From the NCBI GenBank assembly GCA_002170315.2, contig NHFA02000025.1:7084-71083 (forward strand): a DNA stretch of 64,000 nucleotides, in the 5' to 3' direction. Shown here one piece after another: positions 8,789 through 18,338 of this stretch. The notes beneath the pieces are model-generated. The model searched no databases, was not told the DNA's origin, and saw only the letters and a program-made list of their open reading frames with translations. The position numbers and the translations under genes are program-made. How positions within the stretch are numbered: the first letter of the stretch is position 1; every line of letters starts with the position of its first letter. This DNA is from Euryarchaeota archaeon TMED99 (GTDB lineage Archaea; Thermoplasmatota; Poseidoniia; Poseidoniales; Poseidoniaceae).

Positions 8789-10081
8789 TCATCCCCAAGA
8801 ACAAGGCTCGAGAATTTCTTGCCCACCCATCAATGGTTGCAAGACGTTGGGAATCTTTACTCGTCCGTCTTCCATTTGGTTTTGCTCCATTATGGCAACC
8901 AGAGCTCGAGAAGTGGCGACAGCAGTCGAATTGAGCGTGTGAGCAATCGGTTGTCCAGCGTGTCCAGGTTGGCCATATCGAATTTGCAATCGATTCGCTT
9001 GATAGTCGGTACAATTTGAACATGAAACGATTTCTTTGTATTGTTGAGCACCTGGAATCCATGCCTCAAGGTCATATTTTCGAGCAGCAACAGTTCCCAT
9101 GTCACCAGTGCAAATATTCACGACTTCGTAATGCATGTCAAGAGCATCCCACAAGTCAAGGCAGTTCTGTAACAGTTCTTCTTGAAGTTCCCAAGACTGT
9201 TCTGGAGTTGCAATAATGATCTGTTCAATCTTTGTAAATTGGTGAACTCTCCAAATACCTAAATCGGACTGACCATGTGAACCAACTTCTCTTCTAAAAC
9301 AAGGCGAGACACCAACGATGCGCAATGGTAAATCACTTTCAGGGATAGTTTCTCCCATGAACATGGCAGTAAGTGGATGTTCTGAAGTGGCAATCATGTA
9401 GTAGTTATCTGGTTCAACTCCATACATGACCGTCTCAAAGTCAGAGAGGTCGGTTACACCCTCATAGGCTTCTCTGTTCATCATAACGGGTGGTTGGACA
9501 AACGTGTAGCCGCGTTCTCGAATGAAATTGACAGCGAACTGCTGCAATGCAAAGTCCAGTCGCGCTAAGTCACCTTTGAGGAAAAAGAATCGACTACCAA
9601 CAATCTTAGCAGCGCGTTTGAGGTCAACCCATTTATTCATTTCAATAAGTTCGTTATGGGTCCGTGGTTCAAAATCAAAAGCCGGCTTTTCTCCATGAAC
9701 ACTGTGTTGCGTGTTTCCTGATTCATCAGCGCCTACCGGAACATCGGGGTGAAGGATATTCGGAATGCTCATGCGAAGGCGGTCACGCTCAGCCATGGCA
9801 AGGTCCGTTTTCTTTTCCATCTCGCTAATCTGAGCACCCAAATCAGCAACCTCGGCAAGTATGCGCTGTGCTGCTTGTTCATCGCCCGATTTTTTTGCGG
9901 CGCCAATGCCTCGAGCAGCCGTATTTTTCATCGCCCGCAGTTGATTTGTTTCGTGTTGGAGATTAATCCACTGTTGGTCAAGTTCGATGACTTGATTGAT
10001 ATTATCATGAGGTATTCCTCGCTTGTCGTGGTCCTTACGTATGACGTCAGGTTCATTTCGAAACATGTTCATATCGAGCAT
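8789..10081 (-). CDS. serS: Seryl-tRNA synthetase
   Basis: The N-terminal arm is MLDMNMFRNEPDVIRKDHDKRG. Class II motif 2 is SPCFRREVGSHGQSDLGIWRVHQFTKIE. ATG 10081 is preceded by GAGGTGA; the listed ORF starts at GTG 10090. Confidence 0.93.
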   Translation of the reverse strand: MLDMNMFRNEPDVIRKDHDKRGIPHDNINQVIELDQQWINLQHETNQLRAMKNTAARGIGAAKKSGDEQAAQRILAEVADLGAQISEMEKKTDLAMAERDRLRMSIPNILHPDVPVGADESGNTQHSVHGEKPAFDFEPRTHNELIEMNKWVDLKRAAKIVGSRFFFLKGDLARLDFALQQFAVNFIRERGYTFVQPPVMMNREAYEGVTDLSDFETVMYGVEPDNYYMIATSEHPLTAMFMGETIPESDLPLRIVGVSPCFRREVGSHGQSDLGIWRVHQFTKIEQIIIATPEQSWELQEELLQNCLDLWDALDMHYEVVNICTGDMGTVAARKYDLEAWIPGAQQYKEIVSCSNCTDYQANRLQIRYGQPGHAGQPIAHTLNSTAVATSRALVAIMEQNQMEDGRVKIPNVLQPLMGGQEILEPCSWG

Positions 10082-10091
10082 TCTCTTCACC

Positions 10092-12338
10092 TCACAACGT
10101 TATTCCAAAGTCCAAAATTGCAGTTCCTACGATGAGTAAGCCTCCAATGAGATAGCCGAGAATAGCGCCTCCATTCAATAACGGCAATCCTGCTTGTGCT
10201 CGACCACGTGCAACGTATGTCATCAGAGCAAAATAGCCAATTAATCCACCAAGAAGCGTCGTCATTGCGACAAGGAAACCGTCGTTTCCTTCGATATATT
10301 GAGCAGCAGAAAGAACCAGCATTCCTGGGAAAATCACATCGCCAAGACCCATGAACATGGCATCTTTTGATTTCTTTTTTGGAGCAGATGCTGGACGAGG
10401 TTTTGCGGGTGCATCAGTGTTCATTTCTTTCATAGAAACGGTTTCATCGATAAAGGAATAACCCTTTTCTTGCGGTGCTACCAAAAGAATCGGCAAGCGC
10501 AAACCAATCATCGTATCTGCCAAATCAAGCATATGCTTCGAGCGATAAACAGCCCATGCATCATACACAGCTGCAGCAATCATGAACACGATAATCAGAG
10601 TTGGAACAAAAGTAACACCGAGCATGACAACCACGCCAGAGCCGACAAGAACGCCAACGGTGTTGACCACATACCACTCACTGTGAACATATAACAAAAT
10701 CATCAAGAGTGCAGCGACAAGCAAACCAACAATCGTCGGACCGTCTTCAAGTTGTAATCCCTCAAGGGTCAACATCTCATTGGTTACTTCACCAGTCTCA
10801 ATGGCAACAGTGCCGTTATCATAGACAGCATGGAAGTAAGAAGAGTTCTCGTTTTGACCGAACCAAACGGATTCTAGGTTTTCAGAGATGGGGAATGAAA
10901 TGAGATTTTTCAAGGATTGTGAATAATGCCAATTTGCACTTTCATCAGTCGCCACAAGTAAATCACTGTATCCACTTTCATCAAGGTCAGTGATTCGAAC
11001 AGATTGGATAGAATCTGCGTATCCTTCAAGATTCATTTTCGTTTGAGCCACGAACTCATCAGCCTCTAGCCCGTTCCACATTCCATCGTTGGTTCTTTCA
11101 AATCCAACAACATCACCGTTTTCTTCACCGAGGAGTAAAAAGCCTTCATTTTCTTCAGATTCGTTGATTAAATTTTCTGACCAAGGTGAATGCCCATAGT
11201 CTGCACTGGTGAAATTGGTGGTAGCATTGATTTCAAACAAAACACTCGCTTGACTTCTCAAGTCATCAGGAGCATTTGGGTCAAATGCAGGTGCATTCTT
11301 TTCTAATTCGACAACCACTGCCATATTTGAGGTGACGATGAGTATTTTATCATCATCAATTAACTCTGCATACTCTACGCCAAATTGAGCATCCAGATTC
11401 ATTGGCAACTCCCAGCCAGCTTGATAGGCAAGCACTCCAGGGCTTTCTTCAAAGACATTAAATCGATGCAAACGATTGTCTTCATTGATGACATACATGG
11501 CATCATCAGCATAGAAAGCGAGTGAACATGCGCTGCCTAAAGAGCCTAAAAATTCCAGATTTGTAGAATTGTCAAGTTGATCTTCGACATAACGGTGGCA
11601 ATCATAAGAGCCTTGAATCTCTCCTGTAGCAGCATCGACATACCAAATGTGACCTTGATTCGTGAATGAATAATATTCATCGGAAACGACAACTCTCAAA
11701 TCAGCAGTATCTGTGTAGGGCAGACGTTCATGGGTAATGGTCCAGGCAGGTGTGCCGTCGACGATATCTTGTCCATGATAAACGCTGATTGAATCGTTCC
11801 ACATTGTTGGGCTTCCAATCAAAGAATTGGTAAGATGAGTGTTCATTCCATGGTGAGCAAGATAAGACTCTTCAAGTTCGTCCGTGCTTTGGTAGGCAAA
11901 GGGTTCTGGTTCCAAATCGAGAACCAAAACGTGGGCCAATGGAACAGTTGTATACATCAGAGCAATGGCTAATACGCCCATGATTCCATACTTGATGATC
12001 CACTCTTTCTTGTATTTTGCAAGCATTAAAATGGCCGCAGTGAAGATGAAAATCATAACCAGTTCAAGGGCTATGTAGCGCACTTGGCTTGCTCCAGCCT
12101 CTCCAAAAGCTTGTAAATTTGCCACATCATACCATGGACGGATAAACAGTGCGATTCCGATGGTCAATACAAACATGAAAACCATGCCCATCATTGAAGC
12201 AAACTGTTCCTTCATCATTGCAAAAAGGTTGTCTTCAGCCTTGAGTTCTTCTTGAACAGCCGTAAATTCCTCCGAAACCTTTCTGTCCGGCGACGAGGGT
12301 TCCGATTGTTCGCTCATACCCATTGCGAGTTCGGACAC
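10092..12338 (-). CDS. Presenilin/signal-peptide-peptidase family (A22) intramembrane aspartyl protease with a large extracytoplasmic insert
   Basis: The catalytic motifs lie in TM helices: AAAVYDAWAVY (YD), FMGLGDVIFPG (GxGD) and a PAL-like GLPLLNGG. An insert of about 380 aa follows the third helix and has beta-propeller/FG-GAP-like repeats (DLDESGYSDLLVAT, IWYVDAATGEIQG). Confidence 0.75.
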   Translation of the reverse strand: MSELAMGMSEQSEPSSPDRKVSEEFTAVQEELKAEDNLFAMMKEQFASMMGMVFMFVLTIGIALFIRPWYDVANLQAFGEAGASQVRYIALELVMIFIFTAAILMLAKYKKEWIIKYGIMGVLAIALMYTTVPLAHVLVLDLEPEPFAYQSTDELEESYLAHHGMNTHLTNSLIGSPTMWNDSISVYHGQDIVDGTPAWTITHERLPYTDTADLRVVVSDEYYSFTNQGHIWYVDAATGEIQGSYDCHRYVEDQLDNSTNLEFLGSLGSACSLAFYADDAMYVINEDNRLHRFNVFEESPGVLAYQAGWELPMNLDAQFGVEYAELIDDDKILIVTSNMAVVVELEKNAPAFDPNAPDDLRSQASVLFEINATTNFTSADYGHSPWSENLINESEENEGFLLLGEENGDVVGFERTNDGMWNGLEADEFVAQTKMNLEGYADSIQSVRITDLDESGYSDLLVATDESANWHYSQSLKNLISFPISENLESVWFGQNENSSYFHAVYDNGTVAIETGEVTNEMLTLEGLQLEDGPTIVGLLVAALLMILLYVHSEWYVVNTVGVLVGSGVVVMLGVTFVPTLIIVFMIAAAVYDAWAVYRSKHMLDLADTMIGLRLPILLVAPQEKGYSFIDETVSMKEMNTDAPAKPRPASAPKKKSKDAMFMGLGDVIFPGMLVLSAAQYIEGNDGFLVAMTTLLGGLIGYFALMTYVARGRAQAGLPLLNGGAILGYLIGGLLIVGTAILDFGITL

Positions 12339-12361
12339 TCATATGAGCGTCGCGCCTCTTA

Positions 12362-12378
12362 CGCCCCCTACGGGGGCG
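12362..12378. promoter_or_regulatory. Perfect palindrome / hairpin in a divergent intergenic region
   Basis: The structure is CGCCCCC-TAC-GGGGGCG. It lies 24 nt upstream of the presenilin-like start (12338, minus strand) and upstream of folC. Confidence 0.35.
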
Positions 12379-12440
12379 ATACAACATCGACCAATCAGTG
12401 GAGAACAAAAGGCCAAATCCCTCCATCACCCCGCCGATAC

Positions 12441-13736
12441 GTGGTTGAAGTGCGGTCCTGGCTTGAATCGTCAAAAAAGCGGGGTATGGCTCTTGGATTA
12501 CAAGAGACCCAGACCGTTCTTCAACGCCTTGATTTGACCCTGCCTAAACACATTATCCATGTTGCAGGAAGTAACGGGAAGGGGACCGTATGTGCCCTTA
12601 TGGCGACCACTCTTTCACTTGATGGTCGAGAAAACGTCCTTTTCACATCCCCTCATGTTACTCGAATTGAAGAGCGCATTCGCAGAAACGGTATACCGAT
12701 CTCTCCGAGAGAATTTGATGAGGCATTGGAGAGGGTTCGCCAAGCAGCTTTAGGTGATGAGAACAGTTCAGAAATTGAACTCACTTTTTTTGAAATCACC
12801 TATTTGGTTGCCATGGTCGCATCGCAAGGTAGCGAAGTTCTCATTCTTGAAACCGGCCTGGGTGGCCGGCTTGATGCTACCCGAAGTGGCCCTGCAACCG
12901 TTTCAGTTGTGACTTCAGTGAGCCTAGAGCATCGAGATATTTTGGGTCCTGATTTACCCTCTATCGCCCGAGAAAAAGCAGCAATTGCTCGGCCGAATTG
13001 CCCGATTGTTCTACGTGATCCAGAAGATGACGAGGTTCGTCATGCAATGCTCGATGAGGCCATGAATGCTGGGAACTCTTTGCTCGGAGAAACGCTTGAA
13101 TCGGCCGATGCCTCTTTTGTCAACATCACACATGGCATTGGAGTTGTTGATGAGGCTGAGGAATTAGCGACTGCAGTTTTTGAGAAAGTCGGATTTTCCA
13201 CCAGTTCAATCAAGAAGGCAAAGCGGATTTTACGATGGCCAGCCCGCATGCATCTCTTATCGAAGAGCGAAACTTCTTCTCATCCATATTTGCTTGATGC
13301 AGCACATAACCCCTCTGGATTACGTCGAATACTTCCCGAGTTAGAACAGTCCATCATTCAACATGCCCCACGCAATGCGAATGGTCCAGTATGGACTTTA
13401 CTTTTTGGAACCTCACCTCAGCATGATTTGTCTGAAATGCTTTCACCATTGCATGAGATGTGCAGTCGGATTCCACCAACTCAGATTGTATTAACTCGAC
13501 CTCATGGAGGACGCTACCCTGGGGTTGAAATTGAAGAATTACTCAAGGAGAAATGGCATCATCAGAACCCTTTGACCTCTCCTTCAGCACCACACGCTAT
13601 CGAAAAATTGGCATCAGATTCAGCGGACAATGTTGGACTTGTAATCAGTTTAGGTTCACTGTATTTGCAAGGAAATATACTGAATTGTTTTGAATGGGCC
13701 AGTGATGAAAACCTTTCTTTATTTGCGAAGCACTGA
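12441..13736 (+). CDS. folC: Folylpolyglutamate synthase / dihydrofolate synthase (Mur ligase family)
   Basis: The P-loop is HVAGSNGKGTVCALMA, and the Mur-ligase middle and C-terminal layout is present. The listed start 12252 overlaps the divergent gene. GTG 12441 or ATG 12486 is more plausible, so the start is uncertain. Confidence 0.8.
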   Translation: MVEVRSWLESSKKRGMALGLQETQTVLQRLDLTLPKHIIHVAGSNGKGTVCALMATTLSLDGRENVLFTSPHVTRIEERIRRNGIPISPREFDEALERVRQAALGDENSSEIELTFFEITYLVAMVASQGSEVLILETGLGGRLDATRSGPATVSVVTSVSLEHRDILGPDLPSIAREKAAIARPNCPIVLRDPEDDEVRHAMLDEAMNAGNSLLGETLESADASFVNITHGIGVVDEAEELATAVFEKVGFSTSSIKKAKRILRWPARMHLLSKSETSSHPYLLDAAHNPSGLRRILPELEQSIIQHAPRNANGPVWTLLFGTSPQHDLSEMLSPLHEMCSRIPPTQIVLTRPHGGRYPGVEIEELLKEKWHHQNPLTSPSAPHAIEKLASDSADNVGLVISLGSLYLQGNILNCFEWASDENLSLFAKH

Positions 13737-13771
13737 TAGAGAGTGAGTGTTTGAGAGGAGTGTTGAGGGCC

Positions 13772-14209
13772 ATGAGTGAGAAATGGGATATCCGGTTTTT
13801 AGAATTGGCTAAGCACATTTCCGGCTGGAGTAAAGACCCCTCGACCAAAGTCGGTTGTGTGGTTGTTGGCGAAGATCGTGAAATTCGCTCGACAGGGTTC
13901 AACGGTTTTCCTCGAGGAATCGATGATGATGAGGAGCGACTCACAGACCGTTCACAAAAATATCCGTTGATCTGCCATGCGGAAGAAAATGCAATAATGC
14001 ATGCTGCACGAATTGGTATTTCACTGAAAGGAGCAACTGCCTTTGTTACTTGGCCTCCTTGTTCACGTTGCGCTCGTTCCCTCATTCAAGCCGGAATCAA
14101 AGAGATTGTTTATCCTGAAACCGATGGCATTCCTGAGCGCTGGGTTGAAGATTTCACTATTTCGAATGGAATGCTTCTTGAAGCGGGCGTTTTGGTTCGT
14201 ACCGTTTGA
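13772..14209 (+). CDS. dCMP deaminase (ComEB-type cytidine/deoxycytidylate deaminase)
   Basis: Zinc motifs CHAEENAI and PCSRCARSLIQAGI are present, with a typical WDIRFLELAKHIS N-terminus. ATG 13772 is preferred over the listed TTG 13751. Confidence 0.88.
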   Translation: MSEKWDIRFLELAKHISGWSKDPSTKVGCVVVGEDREIRSTGFNGFPRGIDDDEERLTDRSQKYPLICHAEENAIMHAARIGISLKGATAFVTWPPCSRCARSLIQAGIKEIVYPETDGIPERWVEDFTISNGMLLEAGVLVRTV

Positions 14210-14256
14210 CTTTGTATTACCGACGCTTTGATGCTCTCTCGATACTTGGCAATTTT

Positions 14257-15210
14257 ATGCGAGGTGTCAGTACGGCAGTTCTTCTGACCCTGCTTCTGTT
14301 GAGTTCGGGGTGTACAGCACCTGCGACAGACACCGTTTCCTCCAACCAATCTCAGGAGCCAGAAACGCCAACTGAGCCTTGTAATGGATTAATCATTCTC
14401 TGCCTGCGAACCTATGATAATGTGACATTCCCCGAAACTCACAATTCCTTTTCGACCCATCAAGATGGAATCTACTACCCCGCAAGTAACCATCAAACTG
14501 GCCTTGATGCACAATGGAACGCTGGCATGCGTGCTTTCATGGTCGACACGCATTACGAGACACTTGGAGATGAGCAAATCGAAACGGTTCGTTTGTGCCA
14601 CGGCGATGATAGCAGAGGCTTCAGTCCATGCGCATATGGCACGGTTGATTCTGTGGATTGGTTCTCAAACCTTCGAGGAAAAATAGATCAAAACCCTCGA
14701 GATATCGTCACGCTCTTGGTCGAGAATTATGTTCAACCCGACCACCTCAAAGCCGTGTTCGAACTTTCAGGATTGTATGAGAAAGTCTACTATCATGAGT
14801 TGAATACGCCCTGGCCAACTTTGCTCGAATTAATTGAACAAAACACGACATTGGTCGTGTTTTGGGAACAGGGTGGTGATGCATCTCACCCTTGGATTCA
14901 TGATTTCCTTACACACAGTTGGACTACCAATTATGCGGAAGAAAACACTGAAGACATGAATTGTGATGTTTTGCGAGGAGATGTGGAACAGGAAGTTTAC
15001 CACATGAATAACTGGCTTCGTGGGCCTTTAGGATTATCAGACCCTACACGTGGTGACGAGGCAAACGATGTTGATTTCTTGATTCAACGAAGCGTAGAGT
15101 GTTGGCAACAACACGGAAAGCGTCCAACATTCATTGCTGTTGATTGGTGGGAAGATGGTGATGTTGTAGCGGCAGCAAAGGCAATCAATGAACTTGAGAA
15201 CTGGGAGTAA
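14257..15210 (+). CDS. Secreted lipoprotein, PLC-like phosphodiesterase (PI-PLC X-domain-like)
   Basis: It has a signal peptide with the lipobox LLLSSGC. ETHNSFS...NHQTGLDAQWNAGMRAFMVDTHY resembles the PI-PLC X-box catalytic region. Confidence 0.6.
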   Translation: MRGVSTAVLLTLLLLSSGCTAPATDTVSSNQSQEPETPTEPCNGLIILCLRTYDNVTFPETHNSFSTHQDGIYYPASNHQTGLDAQWNAGMRAFMVDTHYETLGDEQIETVRLCHGDDSRGFSPCAYGTVDSVDWFSNLRGKIDQNPRDIVTLLVENYVQPDHLKAVFELSGLYEKVYYHELNTPWPTLLELIEQNTTLVVFWEQGGDASHPWIHDFLTHSWTTNYAEENTEDMNCDVLRGDVEQEVYHMNNWLRGPLGLSDPTRGDEANDVDFLIQRSVECWQQHGKRPTFIAVDWWEDGDVVAAAKAINELENWE

Positions 15211-18200
15211 TCAATTCCAAAAACGCCGAGTTCTCGCATATTCAATTTCAGCATTATGAATCGTTTCAAGTAAACCTTCAATGTTATTCCGTTGAACTTT
15301 TCTCAACACTCGTTGAGCGGTTGCTTCCCCTATTCCCCTACCCATTAAGCAGAGGATGGCTTCATATCCTCTTGATTGGACAATTGAAGCGTTTTTCATC
15401 ATTCTCGCTTGGTCTTTCTCGTCTTCTGAACCAACCCATCCTTCCAACATTGATTGCATTCGTTCAGGGGCGCAAGCTAGCATTGAACCCTTGCATTTCA
15501 AGCAGTTTTTGATACCGCTGATTTCTGAATACCTGGCGACTCGAAATCGGCGTGTTGCTCCACATTTCAAACAGCAGAGAACGGCTCTTTCATTTGTTAA
15601 TCGGCTTTTTAGCTGATTTCTTACTTGCGCATTATCCCAATTGGGTAACAGCATATCTCTGCTGGAGTGGTTTGATAATCCAATCGGGCCTGAAGCAGTG
15701 ATTTTCAATTCAATGTTTCCTTTTTGTATGGCCCGTAATACATCTCTGACTCCTAAAACATCCATTCTCTCATGGAAAAGTTTTGACAAGACTTCTTCCA
15801 TCACAACTGAACCACGATATTTTCGTAAAAGAGCCTGAAGATTGATTTTTCTTGGGTCAACACCATGTCGTAATATTCCGAACGTTTTCGCAACTTGGGC
15901 AAATCGCCATCGAACTTGTCTGGAGTTGGGTAAAGTGACACTGAGCAATCCTTCAATCGCATCAGGTGGAGTATTCATCATCCAGTCAACCAAGTCTTCG
16001 GGGTTTACTGCACCGGTTTGTAAAGCAATCCGAGTAGGCTCGACGACCAATCGCCCCCATTTTCCAGATTTCGTCGATGCCATAGCCATAAGGAAATGGC
16101 CTAATCCTTCATTGATTCGAGATCCATGGCAGGAATTAATGACAATCGCATCTTCTCGAGTCTCAAGTGTCATCAAACGGTCAGTAGGAACATGACCAGT
16201 TGCTTCAACGTGGGCGGTAATCGATTCAGCCATGAGACCGAGTGCCTCATCATCAAAAGGATGTTCAGACAAGAGGGAATTGCGTTCCACAAAGATACCT
16301 TCAGTATCGATAATTGGAGTGTCAGTATCTGTATTTGGTTGATTTTCAAAAAGATGCAGGTCATCCGCAATCAGTTGCCGCAATCGTCCAATATCTCGTC
16401 CAATAGCTTTCGGAACGGGTGGTAATTCCCCCATCCATCGAGGGGCTTGTGCTTTATCGGAGACAGGTGCTACTAAAATTTCAGATTGTTCGGGGTCCGC
16501 ATCGATAATCAACCACGTTCTTCCTGCCATTACAAATTGGCGCCTGCTTCCATCATCGTCCTCGCCGCTGTCGTTGAGTGACAAGACAAAGGCTTCATCG
16601 ACGCTTCCTAAACTACGCCGTGTGACGGCATCTCGAACCCTATACGATTGCTTATCTGGAATCATTGAGAGATGGTTAGTCACCCATTGACGGGTTCTCC
16701 CAGCAGTTGAAAACCAACCGAGTTTGAACGGAATTGGAACCGGAACAGTTCGTTGTTTGAATACCTCTGGCACTTCTTCATCTGGAAGTGAAAACAATGG
16801 GCGCTCATCCGGCAGTGATTCGCCTTTTTTGACCGCCTCTTGTTGAGCAACTGCATAGACTGCTTTCGGCCATCGATACCACGGAACTTCGCTTGGGTCT
16901 GGCGTAAACCGTAGAATCCAACTGTCCGCTAATACGCGTAAAATCGCTTCGGAATCATGCCTTGACCAACCTTCAAATTGAGCGACTTTTGATAGAATTT
17001 CTGTCGCTTCATCGATGGCTACTGCGTTGAATGAATGCGCCATCAAGACCAATTGGTTTGCAGCAACCGATAAGGGTCGTTGGCGCCATTCAATCGATTC
17101 GATTTGGCCCAGCATGGCTCGTCGTCCGACAACGGCACTTTCAGCAATATCATCGGCATCCCATGACAAGAGATGTCCTCTTCCAACTCCTCCTAAACGG
17201 TGGTCTGCACGTCCAACGCGTTGAAGCATGCGGTCCACAGAGCGTGGGCTTTTGATTTGGATAATACGTCGAATCTTTCCGACATCGATACCGAGTTCTA
17301 GGCTCGAAGTACAAACGAGGCCCGCTAATTCACCACTTCGCAGTTTATCTTCCATATCTTGGCGAGTCTCTGCAGCAAGCGAACCGTGATGAACTCCAAT
17401 ATTGACATTCGGCGCCATACTCTGCAAACGATTGGCGATCGTTTCAGCATCACTCCGACTGTTCACAAACACCAAACAAGGCGGTTCAGTTTCTAACACT
17501 TCAATCAGCCTTCGGAAACTCGCATGTGCACGCGGTTGAATACTCATTTCTAAACCGCCAATTTCATCTTCCGGTAAACTCTGAGCACATTCAACTGTTA
17601 ACTCAGTGTCTCGATTACCCGTTGTCAACAAGGCTTTGCCCTTCTTGGGTGAGAGCCACTTGGCTACTTCTTCGGGATTACCAACGGTTGCAGAAAGCCC
17701 GATACGTTGAACAGGATGCCCTGAAAGCGCTTCAAGTCGTTCCAATCCTACCGATAATTGCCATCCACGTTCACTGGCTGCAAGGTCGTGAACTTCGTCA
17801 ATAATCACTGCTTGTACACTCTTCAACAGTTCACGTAGATTTTTGCCAGTGAACATCAGTTGGAATGTTTCAGGAGTTGTCACCAGCAAGTCAGGAGGGT
17901 TTCTCGTTTGACGTGCTCTTTCACTCTGTTTCGTGTCTCCATGTCGCAGTCCAACCTTTAATCCAACAGCTTCAGAAATCTCGGTTAGTCTTCGGTCCAC
18001 ATCTCTGTTGAGTGCTCGTAAGGGAGTAATGTAGAGAATTGACAATGGCTTCCATTGTTCAACCAAGCATCTGTTCAGCATAGGAAGTACGGCTGAGAGG
18101 GTTTTTCCTGAACCGGTTGGTGCAACAATTATTCTGTCTCCACCTTCACATAATTCAGGTAGAGTCGAGACTTGGACTGGTGTTGGTTTCCAGCCCTTTG

Positions 18201-18252
18201 AATGCAGCGCTGCGGCCAATTTTGGTTCGAGGTTGGAAAATACATTTGACAT
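15211..18252 (-). CDS. lhr: Lhr-family ATP-dependent DNA helicase (SF2, DEAD/DEAH)
   Basis: Walker A is APTGSGKTLSAVLP and DExH is IIDEVHDL. Helicase C motifs are present, with a long Lhr-type C-terminal region ending in the Zn-ribbon CLKCGATRRF...CLKCKG. Confidence 0.88.
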   Translation of the reverse strand: MSNVFSNLEPKLAAALHSKGWKPTPVQVSTLPELCEGGDRIIVAPTGSGKTLSAVLPMLNRCLVEQWKPLSILYITPLRALNRDVDRRLTEISEAVGLKVGLRHGDTKQSERARQTRNPPDLLVTTPETFQLMFTGKNLRELLKSVQAVIIDEVHDLAASERGWQLSVGLERLEALSGHPVQRIGLSATVGNPEEVAKWLSPKKGKALLTTGNRDTELTVECAQSLPEDEIGGLEMSIQPRAHASFRRLIEVLETEPPCLVFVNSRSDAETIANRLQSMAPNVNIGVHHGSLAAETRQDMEDKLRSGELAGLVCTSSLELGIDVGKIRRIIQIKSPRSVDRMLQRVGRADHRLGGVGRGHLLSWDADDIAESAVVGRRAMLGQIESIEWRQRPLSVAANQLVLMAHSFNAVAIDEATEILSKVAQFEGWSRHDSEAILRVLADSWILRFTPDPSEVPWYRWPKAVYAVAQQEAVKKGESLPDERPLFSLPDEEVPEVFKQRTVPVPIPFKLGWFSTAGRTRQWVTNHLSMIPDKQSYRVRDAVTRRSLGSVDEAFVLSLNDSGEDDDGSRRQFVMAGRTWLIIDADPEQSEILVAPVSDKAQAPRWMGELPPVPKAIGRDIGRLRQLIADDLHLFENQPNTDTDTPIIDTEGIFVERNSLLSEHPFDDEALGLMAESITAHVEATGHVPTDRLMTLETREDAIVINSCHGSRINEGLGHFLMAMASTKSGKWGRLVVEPTRIALQTGAVNPEDLVDWMMNTPPDAIEGLLSVTLPNSRQVRWRFAQVAKTFGILRHGVDPRKINLQALLRKYRGSVVMEEVLSKLFHERMDVLGVRDVLRAIQKGNIELKITASGPIGLSNHSSRDMLLPNWDNAQVRNQLKSRLTNERAVLCCLKCGATRRFRVARYSEISGIKNCLKCKGSMLACAPERMQSMLEGWVGSEDEKDQARMMKNASIVQSRGYEAILCLMGRGIGEATAQRVLRKVQRNNIEGLLETIHNAEIEYARTRRFWN

Positions 18253-18338
18253 ACTCTCCCCACCCCTACGGAGTAAGGGTCTGGTCGACCTCTTTTGAGT
18301 ATTTGCAGAGAAGCGTGAATCAAACTGAGTTGTGAAAA

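Noticed and set aside
12252-12440. The 5' extension of the folC ORF (listed start 12252).
   Set aside because: It overlaps the start of the divergent presenilin-like gene. It translates to Arg/His-rich sequence unlike FolC N-termini, and FolC homology begins near 12441.
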